Source: Bacteroidia bacterium (GTDB lineage: Bacteria > Bacteroidota > Bacteroidia > NS11-12g > UBA9320). Taken from it: a stretch of DNA of 59,049 nucleotides. The notes under the pieces are model-generated. The model made no database searches. It saw only the letters and a program-made list of their open reading frames with translations, and was not told the origin of the DNA. Below are positions 27,239-36,347 of this stretch, piece by piece; positions within the stretch are counted from its first letter, which is position 1; each line of letters begins with the position of its first letter. The stretch lies in NCBI GenBank assembly GCA_047614125.1, contig JBLHHI010000002.1:1-59049 (forward strand), in the 5' to 3' direction. Position numbers and translations under genes: made by a program.

Positions 27239-28265
27239 ACACTCGGTCGACTTTCGGAACAAACGTGCCCTTTCAATCTGCAAAAAGGCCGTTGACGAAC
27301 TTAAATTGGATTTATCTGGTCAAACCGTTCTAACCGAAATTGGATCAAATTTTTATTTATATCTCCCAGTAATTGCCCTTCTTGCCAATGCAAAAAAGGT
27401 AATTGCTTGGTGTAAAGACTCCTCTTATGGCTCGGCAAGTGATATCATTTCTGATTTCAAAGCGCTTGACCTATCTGCAAAACAAATGAATGCCATTGTT
27501 TTTCGAGCAAACGAATGCAGCCACTTAGATATTGAAGAAAGCACAATTATCACCAACAGCGAGGCTTTACGACCATTAAATGAAAACTTTCTGTCTAAAA
27601 TTAAAAACGACCAGACCGTTATTTCATTAATGTACGAGGCTTGGGAAATACGGAGAGAAGACATAGACATTGAGTACTGCAAACAAAAAGATCTAAGAGT
27701 AGCTGGAACCAATGAAAACCATCCGCTACTGCGGGTTTTTGAATACGGCGGTCCACTGGCTTGTAAAATGAGTTTTGAAGCTGGTTATGAGGTGTTTAGA
27801 AATAATATAATGGTTTGGTCGGATGATGAATTTGGCCAAGTTGCCACTAAGGCATTTAAGGCAATGGGCGCGAGCAGCGTTGTTAGCACCACCAATGTTG
27901 ATGCGTTTTATGAAGCATTGCCAGCACTCGACTTCATTTATTTGTGCAATTACCACGAGAAACGCGATTACATAAGCAATAAGACCGGTAGCGTCTTTAA
28001 TTTGACTCAAATTTTGGATAAAAATCCAAACCTAGGAATTGTTCATTTGTATGGCACGCTCAACAGTGAAAACTTGTTGGCTGCAGGACTCAATGTACAT
28101 CCAGCAAAAAATGGAAGGGCCATGTTCATGACAAACACACTGGGATACGCCGGTTTAAATCCAATCATATACCTTCAAGCTGCAGGACTTAAGGTGGCAG
28201 AAGAAATGATTGCTGGCAAATTCAGCACCATTAGTCAGCCCATATCTGGTTATTCAAAAAACTAG
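27219..28265 (+). CDS. hypothetical protein (no motif recognised)
   Basis: 348-aa ORF whose ATG overlaps the asnB 3' end by 20 nt and which ends 3 nt before the next start. It shows coding-like composition. No catalytic motif is recognisable by eye. Confidence 0.6.
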   Translation: MANQLNKHSVDFRNKRALSICKKAVDELKLDLSGQTVLTEIGSNFYLYLPVIALLANAKKVIAWCKDSSYGSASDIISDFKALDLSAKQMNAIVFRANECSHLDIEESTIITNSEALRPLNENFLSKIKNDQTVISLMYEAWEIRREDIDIEYCKQKDLRVAGTNENHPLLRVFEYGGPLACKMSFEAGYEVFRNNIMVWSDDEFGQVATKAFKAMGASSVVSTTNVDAFYEALPALDFIYLCNYHEKRDYISNKTGSVFNLTQILDKNPNLGIVHLYGTLNSENLLAAGLNVHPAKNGRAMFMTNTLGYAGLNPIIYLQAAGLKVAEEMIAGKFSTISQPISGYSKN

Positions 28266-28268
28266 TAC

Positions 28269-29216
28269 GTGAAACAGAATAAAATAAAAATAGCAATCAT
28301 TGGACGAAGCGAACTGCTTTTTAAAACAGCCATCTCGATAAAGGAAATGGGGTTTGAAATTCCATTAGTAGTGACGGCTAAGGAGGCACCTGAATACAAA
28401 GTAAAATCATCAGATTTTAAAAATTTTGCGGACAAATGCAATGCAACATTCATTCATACGGCCAAAATAAATAAAGCGGAATACATTGAGCAAATTAAAG
28501 CATGTGGCCCAATTGATATTGCTGTGAGCATAAATTACAACGGCATCATTGCTCAAGAAGTAATTGACTTGTTTCCTTTGGGAATTCTAAATGCTCATGG
28601 TGGAGACCTCCCTCGATACCGAGGAAACGCTTGCCAAGCTTGGGCCATAATTAATGGCGAAGAAAAAATAGGAATGTGCATTCATAAAATGCGTGGAGGT
28701 GAATTGGATAACGGTGACATTATTGCACGAGGTTATTATCAATTGTTGGATACCACTAGAATTGTCGAAGTGTATGATTGGATGGAAACCTGTATTCCGG
28801 AACTCATGAGCAGCGCCATTGATTCCATATCAAAGAATACCAATTTCATTCTAGATAAACAGTCGGAAGACCCCAAAGATACCTTACGATGTTATCCAAG
28901 AAACCAAGACGACGGAAAGATAGATTGGAACAAATCAGCAGTGGGAATTGATCGATTAATTCGAGCCTCTAGCGAACCTTTTAGTGGCGCATTTTGCTAT
29001 TTGGATGAGCAAAAGTTAACCATATGGAGGGCACAATTGGTTTATGACGAAGAGATTTATTTATCGTCGGTTGGTCAAGTTGCAGGAATTAGTTCAACCG
29101 GAATAGAAGTCATTACCTCATCTGGAAAATTACGGTTGTTAGAAATTGAGTACAACGGTGTGCGAACTACAGAACCTAACCAGATTATTAAATCAATACG
29201 GAAAAGACTAAAATGA
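28269..29216 (+). CDS. Fmt/ArnA-like formyltransferase (probable sugar N-formyltransferase)
   Basis: GTG start. It carries the formyl_trans_N signature with the catalytic N-x-H (ILNAHGGDLPRYRG) and Asp (ELDNGDII), plus a C-terminal Fmt-like domain. Its stop overlaps the next start (ATGA). Confidence 0.75.
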   Translation: MKQNKIKIAIIGRSELLFKTAISIKEMGFEIPLVVTAKEAPEYKVKSSDFKNFADKCNATFIHTAKINKAEYIEQIKACGPIDIAVSINYNGIIAQEVIDLFPLGILNAHGGDLPRYRGNACQAWAIINGEEKIGMCIHKMRGGELDNGDIIARGYYQLLDTTRIVEVYDWMETCIPELMSSAIDSISKNTNFILDKQSEDPKDTLRCYPRNQDDGKIDWNKSAVGIDRLIRASSEPFSGAFCYLDEQKLTIWRAQLVYDEEIYLSSVGQVAGISSTGIEVITSSGKLRLLEIEYNGVRTTEPNQIIKSIRKRLK

Positions 29217-30358
29217 GCAATAAACAAATTTGTACACGATGCATTTACGATACAAGCGTGCCGAAAATTACGTTCAACGCCGATGGCATCTGCAATTACT
29301 GTGAAATGTCTGACAATCTAAAAGCCCAATACCATACTGGTGACGACGAGGGAATGCGGATATGGTTGGCACATGTTGTAGACATTAAAAAAGCTGGAAA
29401 AGGTAAAAAATACGATTGTGTAATTGGTGTGAGCGGAGGTGTAGACTCTTCCTACATGCTGCACTATGCTATTGAACTTGGTTTGAGGCCTTTAGCTGTT
29501 CATTACGACAATACATGGAACTCGGCCATCGCAACTGAAAATATACGAAAAGTTACCGATGCTCTGAAGATCGATCTTTTTACTCATGTGGTTGATAATC
29601 GAGAATCGGATGATATTTTTAAGAGTTTCTTCTACGCTGGGGTTCCTGAAATAGATGCCCCCACCGATTTAGGTTTTGCAGAAACACATTTTCGTGCTGC
29701 GTCGAAATACGGAATTAAATATGTTTTGGAAGGTCATACCTTTATGCAAGAAGGCGTTTCGCCACTATCCACTATGTATTTTGATGGCAAATACATATCA
29801 TCCATTCATAAAAAGTTTGGGAAAAAGAAAATGAAAACCTATCCACTCATGAATTTCACTGCATTTATGAAATGGTCTATCATAAAGAATATCAAAAAGA
29901 TAAGACCATACTGGTACATTCATTACACCAAACAAGATGCAATTAAACTTTTGACCGAAAAATACGGTTGGGAATATTATGGAGGACATCATTTAGAAAA
30001 CCGCATGTCGGCCTTTATGCACAGCGTATATCTTCCAAATAAATTTAAAATCGATCAAAGAAACAATACGCTTTCAGCCTTGTCGCGAAATGGTTTTATG
30101 GAACGCGATGCAGCCTTGGTTGAATATGCCAAACCTCCCTTTGTTGAAAAGGAATTGGTGGAGTACTTCAAAAAACGATTAAACCTAACTGACGAAGAAT
30201 ACTCCAAGGTTATGACGGACGAACCGAAGTATTTCGAATCGTATCCAACCTATAAAAAACGTTTTGAGCGCTTGAGACCCTTGTTCTTCATTTTGGCCAA
30301 ATCAAATTTAGTACCAATGAGTTTCTATTTAAAATATTGCTTCCCAATTCAGAAATAA
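29213..30358 (+). CDS. N-acetyl-sugar amidotransferase (WbuX/WbpG/PseA-like PP-loop ATPase)
   Basis: N-terminal zinc ribbon CTRC...CNYC, then the PP-loop GVSGGVDSS. 381 aa. Confidence 0.8.
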   Translation: MSNKQICTRCIYDTSVPKITFNADGICNYCEMSDNLKAQYHTGDDEGMRIWLAHVVDIKKAGKGKKYDCVIGVSGGVDSSYMLHYAIELGLRPLAVHYDNTWNSAIATENIRKVTDALKIDLFTHVVDNRESDDIFKSFFYAGVPEIDAPTDLGFAETHFRAASKYGIKYVLEGHTFMQEGVSPLSTMYFDGKYISSIHKKFGKKKMKTYPLMNFTAFMKWSIIKNIKKIRPYWYIHYTKQDAIKLLTEKYGWEYYGGHHLENRMSAFMHSVYLPNKFKIDQRNNTLSALSRNGFMERDAALVEYAKPPFVEKELVEYFKKRLNLTDEEYSKVMTDEPKYFESYPTYKKRFERLRPLFFILAKSNLVPMSFYLKYCFPIQK

Positions 30359-30364
30359 AAATTC

Positions 30365-30982
30365 TTGAGCGTAATAACCATAATTGATTACGGTATGGGC
30401 AATTTGGGCTCCGTTCAAAACATGTTTAAATACATTGGTGTAAAAAGCCAAATTAGTTCTGACATAAAAGAAATAAAAGCAGCGGAGAAGTTGCTACTAC
30501 CGGGTGTTGGATCTTTTGATGCCGCAATGCAACGGTTAAACGATTTAGGATTGTCTGAACTACTCACTCAAAAAGTTGTTCAGGATAAAACACCAACACT
30601 AGGCATATGTTTAGGCATGCAGTTGTTAACAAATGGAAGCGATGAAGGCAAACTAGCTGGTTTGGGCTGGATTGATGCCTATACGCACAAGTTCGAATCT
30701 GAGCCCGGTCGAAAAATACCGCACATGGGTTGGAGTCAAGTACATATTAAAAAAGAATCTTTGCTTTCAAAATCCATTAGTGAAGAGTCTAAATTCTACT
30801 TCGTTCACTCGTACTATGTGAAGGTTAAAGATGAAGAAAATGCCATGTTAACCACTAAGTATGGTTCAACAATCTTCGATTCTGCGATTCAAAACGAACA
30901 TATTTTCGGTGCTCAATTTCACCCTGAGAAAAGTCATAAACACGGCATGGCATTGCTAAAAAGTTTCGCAGATTATCAATGA
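30365..30982 (+). CDS. HisH-like glutamine amidotransferase subunit (WbuY-like)
   Basis: TTG start giving MSVITIIDYGMGNLGSV, catalytic Cys GICLGMQLL, His/Glu FHPEKS. It overlaps the next gene (ATGA). Confidence 0.85.
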   Translation: MSVITIIDYGMGNLGSVQNMFKYIGVKSQISSDIKEIKAAEKLLLPGVGSFDAAMQRLNDLGLSELLTQKVVQDKTPTLGICLGMQLLTNGSDEGKLAGLGWIDAYTHKFESEPGRKIPHMGWSQVHIKKESLLSKSISEESKFYFVHSYYVKVKDEENAMLTTKYGSTIFDSAIQNEHIFGAQFHPEKSHKHGMALLKSFADYQ

Positions 30983-31746
30983 TCGCAGCTCGAATAATTC
31001 CTTGTTTACAATTGATTGACGATGCATTGGTAAAATGCGTTAAATTTAAAAACCCAAGCTACATCGGCGATCCCATTAACACAGTTCGCATTTTCAATGA
31101 ATTGGAAGTAGATGAGCTTTGCTTTTTAGATATACGAGCAACTAAAGAAAAAAGAGCACCCAACCTACAAATTCTACGCGACATTGCCAATGAGTGCTTT
31201 ATGCCGCTCTCGTATGGTGGTGGCGTAAAAGACGCAACGACTGCATTGAACATCTTATCGATCGGCTTTGAAAAAATAGTCTTTAACACGGCACTCTTCG
31301 AACATCCCGAGGTTATTACAGAATTGGCTAAAGTGGCTGGTAATCAAAGCGTTATTGCTTCAATCGATGTCAAGAAAAATCTTTGGGGCAAGTACGAAGT
31401 GTACTCGCACGATGGAAATAAGAAACAAAAACTTTCTGCCGTAGAATGCGCAAAGCGCGCGGAAAATTTGGGTGCCGGCGAGCTGTTAATTACCTCCATG
31501 AATAACGAAGGAAGCTGGCAAGGCTTTGATATTGACTTGTGCAAAATGATCAATGAATCCGTATCAATACCCGTTATCGCCAACGCTGGAGCAGGAAACA
31601 TCAACCACATTGGCGAAGTAATTTCTCAGGCCAATGTTTCGGGGGTTGCTTTGGGTAGTATGGTAGTTTATCAAAAACAAGGAATGGGTGTTTTAGTAAA
31701 CTTTCCAGATAAAAGTCTCTTAAAAGAAAAACTCAAAACTTTTTAA
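30979..31746 (+). CDS. HisF-like cyclase/synthase subunit (WbuZ-like)
   Basis: RIIPCLQL...DELCFLDI...GGGV...ADKV-type TIM-barrel pattern of HisF. Its location inside a polysaccharide locus next to the WbuX-like gene supports the call. Confidence 0.85.
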   Translation: MIAARIIPCLQLIDDALVKCVKFKNPSYIGDPINTVRIFNELEVDELCFLDIRATKEKRAPNLQILRDIANECFMPLSYGGGVKDATTALNILSIGFEKIVFNTALFEHPEVITELAKVAGNQSVIASIDVKKNLWGKYEVYSHDGNKKQKLSAVECAKRAENLGAGELLITSMNNEGSWQGFDIDLCKMINESVSIPVIANAGAGNINHIGEVISQANVSGVALGSMVVYQKQGMGVLVNFPDKSLLKEKLKTF

Positions 31747-31751
31747 GTAGT

Positions 31752-32072
31752 AACTTGAGTTCGATTCATATTTTGAATTCAGAACGCTAGTGAACAGTGA
31801 GTTTCGAGTAAAAATTTCGAAGACAGGGCGGGCCCTTTCGAGTAATTTTTACGATGAAAATCGCTTTTCACAAGTGAAATTCGAGCTTTTGTATTAGCCT
31901 GAATTTCTAATTTGAATCTTGCTTGATTAAGAAAGAGAAAGTCCGAATCAGGTTATAAGGCTTTATCCTTTGAGTTCCAATGGTTCACTTCCTCTTTCTC
32001 TCATCCTGTTTTCGACTCACTACTTGGCACCTATCCAAATCTGAATTTTAAAAGATTAATCGAACTCAGGTT
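31752..32072. mobile_element. MITE-like non-coding element with ~32-nt imperfect terminal inverted repeats
   Basis: The left TIR is AACTTGAGTTCGATTCATATTTTGAATTCAGA (31752-31783). The reverse complement of the right TIR (32040-32072) is AACCTGAGTTCGATTAATCTTTTAAAATTCAGA. They agree in 28 of 33 columns. There is no ORF. A second, truncated copy lies at 8650..8810. The element starts 5 nt after the HisF-like stop. Confidence 0.7.
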
Positions 32073-32104
32073 CGTAATTCAAATCCTTACTAAAATCAGT
32101 TACC

Positions 32105-32833
32105 ATGCTTAATAAAACAAAAAAGAACATTAAAAAGTTCCTCTTAACCAAGCTGCTTAATGGAACAAACGTCCAATGCAATATTTGTAACAAGGGCTTT
32201 TCCACTTATTTGTCGTATCTCGACCGGCTTAATGCAAAGTGCCCAAATTGCGAATCAATTGAAAGAACAAGACTAGTTTGGCATTTTATTACGGACAAAA
32301 AGCTAATAGGCGCAGATGCCATTGTATTGCACGTTGCTCCGGAGAAAGCGTTGTTTGACAAATTAAAAAATGCTACAAAGCGTTATTTGCCTATAGACAA
32401 ATTTGAGGAAGGCTACTCCTATCCTTCGATTACTAAGGAAATGGATGTAACCGATCTAAAATTGGAAAACGAACAAGTGGATGGTATAATTTGTATGCAC
32501 GTTTTGGAACATGTTTTGGAAGACCGAAAAGCGCTTTCTGAATTTTATCGTGTTTTAAAACCCGGCGGGTGGGCCATTATACAAGTGCCTTTTGAAGAAG
32601 ATCGAGAAGTAACTTATGAAGACCCAAGCATACTGTCAAAAGCGGAACGCAAAGCGCATTTTGGCCAAACAGATCATGTTCGTGTGTATGGCACAGATTA
32701 CTTAAAACGATTTGTAGAACCAGGGTTTGTGATCGAAGAGCTGAATTATGAAAAATCGATTAGTGATGAGATTAAATTTAAGCTCCAATTAAAAAAAGAG
32801 AACATCTTTTTAATGCGCAAGCCGAAGGCGTAG
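32105..32833 (+). CDS. class I SAM-dependent methyltransferase with N-terminal zinc ribbon
   Basis: CNICNKG...CPNCES double CxxC motif, followed by ICMHVLEHVLEDRKALSEFYRVLKPGGWAIIQVP (Methyltransf_11-like). Confidence 0.75.
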   Translation: MLNKTKKNIKKFLLTKLLNGTNVQCNICNKGFSTYLSYLDRLNAKCPNCESIERTRLVWHFITDKKLIGADAIVLHVAPEKALFDKLKNATKRYLPIDKFEEGYSYPSITKEMDVTDLKLENEQVDGIICMHVLEHVLEDRKALSEFYRVLKPGGWAIIQVPFEEDREVTYEDPSILSKAERKAHFGQTDHVRVYGTDYLKRFVEPGFVIEELNYEKSISDEIKFKLQLKKENIFLMRKPKA

Positions 32834-32881
32834 CATTGATTCTTCAAAAATGTTCAATTGTCGTAATCTAATACCAACCCT

Positions 32882-34366
32882 TTGTCGATAGCCAAAAAAG
32901 CTGCAAACGGCTTTGCTCAGTTTCTGGGTAGAAACATGCTTAGTAAGGTAATGGGCCTTGGTGCAATGGTTATTCTAGCGCGAGAACTCAGCCCACACGA
33001 TTTTGGGATCGTGAGCATTACGCAAGTTCTGCTGGTTATCATAGCCTCCTTTGCGACAACCGGCATTAGCGAATTTCTGCTATCCTACCAAAAGAAAGAC
33101 GTTGATACGATCTTTCAAGCCACTTTCTGGTTCAACCTTGCGCTTACTACTGTAGTTTCCATTCTTGCCCTCATCATCCTTCCATTTTGGACAGACACCT
33201 ATAAGGATGAGCGAATTTATGAATTGGGTATCCTGGTAGTTATATCCTTCATTTTCATGCAACTGAAGATGACACCTAAAACGTATTTATCTAAAAATCT
33301 TGAGTTTTCTAAGCAAATAAAAGTAGAGTCGATATTCATAATCATAGTTCCCATTTTAAAAGTAGCGGCCGTTCTTACTGGCTTTGGGGTATATAGTCTT
33401 GTTTTACCCACGGTGATTATGTTACCCATTGAAACCTTTTTTTTATACAGAGCAGCTGGCTTTAAAATTAAATTCAATCTATATGTTGAACGCTGGCTCG
33501 AAATATTCAGATTTACAAAACATTTAATTGGCAGTTCGATACTCGGAATGGCATCTTCGGAAGGTGACAAACTAATTATTGGCAAGTTTGTTTCGCTCGA
33601 GGCTTTAGGAATTTATAACCTTGCGTATCAGTTGGCCAACTTTTTCAGCACGAATGTAGTAGGTGTTACCACAAATATTTTAAGCGCAACCCTACCCAAG
33701 TTACGGCACGACATGCCTCAATTGCGCGAGCGATATTTTCAATTCCTAAAATCAATTTTCATCGCTGTTGGTCCTTTACTCATCTTGTTTGCCTTAGGTG
33801 CCAGCGAATTGTTAAATGTAGTGTATGGCAATAAGTGGGATGCTGCCGTGTTGCCGCTTCAAATACTCATCGTTTATGCATTTTTTAGAGCACTTACCTC
33901 ATCCTATGGCAGTATAATGAATACCATGCATCTGCCTAGAAAATCGTTGATAATGAATGCATTTTATACTCCTTGCCATATCATTGGTTCTCTTATTGGT
34001 GTTCAATTTGGTGTAATCGGATTGGCGGCATCTGTAACCATTGTTAAATTAATTTTTGTTCAATGGGGCATTTTACAATCTATGGAGGCCATTGGTTTAA
34101 AATTCGCTTCCTTCTACCAAAAACTTGCTCGGTTTTTTGTTATGGCAATCATCGCCATTCTGTCAACCCTGGTCGTTAAGTTATTCTTGGTTCACCAATT
34201 CGAAAATAAATGGCTCGTTCTTTGTCTAACAAGCGTTTCCTTTGCCTTTTTCTTCTGGGGTGCACAGCGCCAATTTAATAAAGTTGGCATGATGACTATA
34301 TCTGATTTCTTAGGCAAGATGAACGTAAAACTTCAATTATATTTTAACAAAGTATTCGTCGCATGA
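32882..34366 (+). CDS. wzx: Wzx-type polysaccharide flippase (MOP superfamily)
   Basis: 494-aa polytopic membrane protein. The N-terminal ILARELSPHDFG pattern is typical of polysaccharide-biosynthesis (PST) flippases. TTG start. Confidence 0.75.
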   Translation: MSIAKKAANGFAQFLGRNMLSKVMGLGAMVILARELSPHDFGIVSITQVLLVIIASFATTGISEFLLSYQKKDVDTIFQATFWFNLALTTVVSILALIILPFWTDTYKDERIYELGILVVISFIFMQLKMTPKTYLSKNLEFSKQIKVESIFIIIVPILKVAAVLTGFGVYSLVLPTVIMLPIETFFLYRAAGFKIKFNLYVERWLEIFRFTKHLIGSSILGMASSEGDKLIIGKFVSLEALGIYNLAYQLANFFSTNVVGVTTNILSATLPKLRHDMPQLRERYFQFLKSIFIAVGPLLILFALGASELLNVVYGNKWDAAVLPLQILIVYAFFRALTSSYGSIMNTMHLPRKSLIMNAFYTPCHIIGSLIGVQFGVIGLAASVTIVKLIFVQWGILQSMEAIGLKFASFYQKLARFFVMAIIAILSTLVVKLFLVHQFENKWLVLCLTSVSFAFFFWGAQRQFNKVGMMTISDFLGKMNVKLQLYFNKVFVA

Positions 34367-35583
34367 AAAGAGTAGCACTCATTGGCAACATGAACAACAA
34401 CTTCTTTGCCATTACACGCCTGTTAAGAGACAAAGGCTACGACGCGCATCTTTATTACAGATCTTTATCTGAACACTTCCAGCCAAAGAGCGATACCTTT
34501 TCACTCAATTTTTACGACTATTGCCATCCCATTGATTGGCTGGATAAATCGTTTGAGTTGGCTGATTTTGGACGCATCAAAAAAGAAGTGGCTGGATTCG
34601 ACTTTTACATTGGCCAGGGCGATGAGGCTGCCTTTGCGAAGCGGGCAGGCATTAACTTTAATCTATACTACCCGTACGGTTCCGATTTTTACAAATACGC
34701 GTATTTGCCTTCTAAAAATTCATGGAAAGAACGGGTGTATATGGCATTGGTAAAAGGCATTCCATTATCGAAATCTAGGAATGGAACCGTGCATAAATAT
34801 ATTCGTAAAGTAATTGTAGACGCGGAGAATGTATTTCTGGACTTGACAAACCCAGAATATGATCAAAAATTATTCGACCTCAATTTGAAAGGGGAATTTG
34901 AAGCGCTTCCTATGCCTTTCATTTATCCCGACGAATATTTAAATAGAACGGATTGGGATACGCATTGGAAAAGCAGCATCGATGCACTCCGCCATGAAAA
35001 TGAATTCATCGTACTCTATCACGGCAGACAAGAATGGAAGAAGGCCTTAGAGTATTCAGGAAATTCATTTACAAATAAAAATACACACCATCTCATCATC
35101 GGATTTTCAAAATTCGTGGAGAAATATCCAAACATCAAAGCTCAATTGCTAATGTTAGATTATGGTGGAGATGTTGCAAATAGCAAGAATCTTATTGAAG
35201 AGTTGAATATTTCCAACCGGGTAACATGGTTTCCTAAAATGTACCGTAAAGACCTCATGTATTTAATTAACAACGTGGACTTATGTTCCGGTGAGTTTGG
35301 TAAAAGTTATTTAACTTTTGGAACCATTATCGAAGCTATGTTAATGGGCAAACCCATTGTACATCATCGTATTGATGAATATTACTCGAAAAAATACAGC
35401 GAACTGTACCCCATGTACAATGCCCGCAGCCCAGAAGAAATAGGAAATGCAATAATCAATGCCTATGAGGACCCGGATGCGCGATTACAAACAGGTAAAA
35501 AGGCTCAAGAATGGGTGCTTAAGTACTTCATAGACAATCCATTAAACGAGTTAAGAAAATTAATCGATAAAACAAATGACTAA
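34363..35583 (+). CDS. glycosyltransferase (GT-B fold, GT4-like)
   Basis: ATGA overlap with wzx. The C-terminal half has a GT-B-like pattern (LMLDYGGDV...LCSGEFGKSYLTFGTIIEAMLMGKPIV). This call is less certain than those for the other GTs. Confidence 0.55.
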   Translation: MKRVALIGNMNNNFFAITRLLRDKGYDAHLYYRSLSEHFQPKSDTFSLNFYDYCHPIDWLDKSFELADFGRIKKEVAGFDFYIGQGDEAAFAKRAGINFNLYYPYGSDFYKYAYLPSKNSWKERVYMALVKGIPLSKSRNGTVHKYIRKVIVDAENVFLDLTNPEYDQKLFDLNLKGEFEALPMPFIYPDEYLNRTDWDTHWKSSIDALRHENEFIVLYHGRQEWKKALEYSGNSFTNKNTHHLIIGFSKFVEKYPNIKAQLLMLDYGGDVANSKNLIEELNISNRVTWFPKMYRKDLMYLINNVDLCSGEFGKSYLTFGTIIEAMLMGKPIVHHRIDEYYSKKYSELYPMYNARSPEEIGNAIINAYEDPDARLQTGKKAQEWVLKYFIDNPLNELRKLIDKTND

Positions 35584-35629
35584 ATATTTGTCCTGCGTTA
35601 ACTATAAATATTGATTAAGAAATAGCAAA

Positions 35630-36325
35630 ATGGCAACAGCAATTACCGTAGAGTTTTACAAGCAATATCCGCATCTATTGAAATCTCCTTTTTTGGAAAT
35701 CGGTTCACTTATTGATTCCTCCTACATTCAATACTCTCCAAGAGATATGCAGCATGTAGCTGACGAAGATGAGTATCTGGGTATTGACATTTTTGATGGA
35801 GAAGGGGTTGACTTAGTCTTAGATTTAGCTAAGGCAAGTTTTGAAGATTTAAAGCAATACAAAAACAAGTTCAATACGGTTCACATTCACTATGTTATGG
35901 AACACGTGCTAGATGTTTTTAAAATTGCTCAAAACATTGATTACATTACTAAACCTGGGGGAACCGTGTGTTTGAGTGTGCCATTTGTTTGGAGATTACA
36001 CAGAATACCTGTTGATATGTGGCGTCTCACTCCTCAAAGTGTTGACTATCTCTTCCCAAATTATAACTTTAAAGATGAAAACTGCGGATGGAGCACAAGA
36101 AGACATAAAATCCTTCCAATCAATGAGGTTTATGAGCTGGACTTAGGAAGCGGACTAGAGAAACTTAATCCCATTATGCGCAATACCATTAAGCTATTTC
36201 GAAAGTTCAAATTGGATCATAACTTTTTTTCCGAACGTGCTCTGATTCCAGAACTTAACTTGATGATGATTGGTATCAAACAAGAAACTGCTACCTATAA
36301 TTTCATCCCAGCACAATATTTATAA
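35630..36325 (+). CDS. class I SAM-dependent methyltransferase
   Basis: HIHYVMEHVLDVFKIAQNIDYITKPGGTVCLSVPF fits the Methyltransf_11/23 post-I to motif III region. Confidence 0.65.
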   Translation: MATAITVEFYKQYPHLLKSPFLEIGSLIDSSYIQYSPRDMQHVADEDEYLGIDIFDGEGVDLVLDLAKASFEDLKQYKNKFNTVHIHYVMEHVLDVFKIAQNIDYITKPGGTVCLSVPFVWRLHRIPVDMWRLTPQSVDYLFPNYNFKDENCGWSTRRHKILPINEVYELDLGSGLEKLNPIMRNTIKLFRKFKLDHNFFSERALIPELNLMMIGIKQETATYNFIPAQYL

Positions 36326-36347
36326 AAACAATTTCATCCTAATCCAG

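Noticed and set aside
30365-31746. hisH/hisF as histidine biosynthesis genes
   Set aside because: No other his genes are adjacent. The pair follows a WbuX-type amidotransferase inside a polysaccharide locus, which is the known context of the WbuY/WbuZ paralogues.
31752-32072. Invertible promoter (phase-variation switch) flanked by inverted repeats, as in Bacteroides capsule loci
   Set aside because: I found no TAnnTTTG-type promoter box in either orientation inside the segment and no recombinase gene in the window. The second copy, at 8650, is truncated and not upstream of a gene. A MITE-like repeat fits better. Inversion could still be excluded or confirmed with read-pair orientation data.
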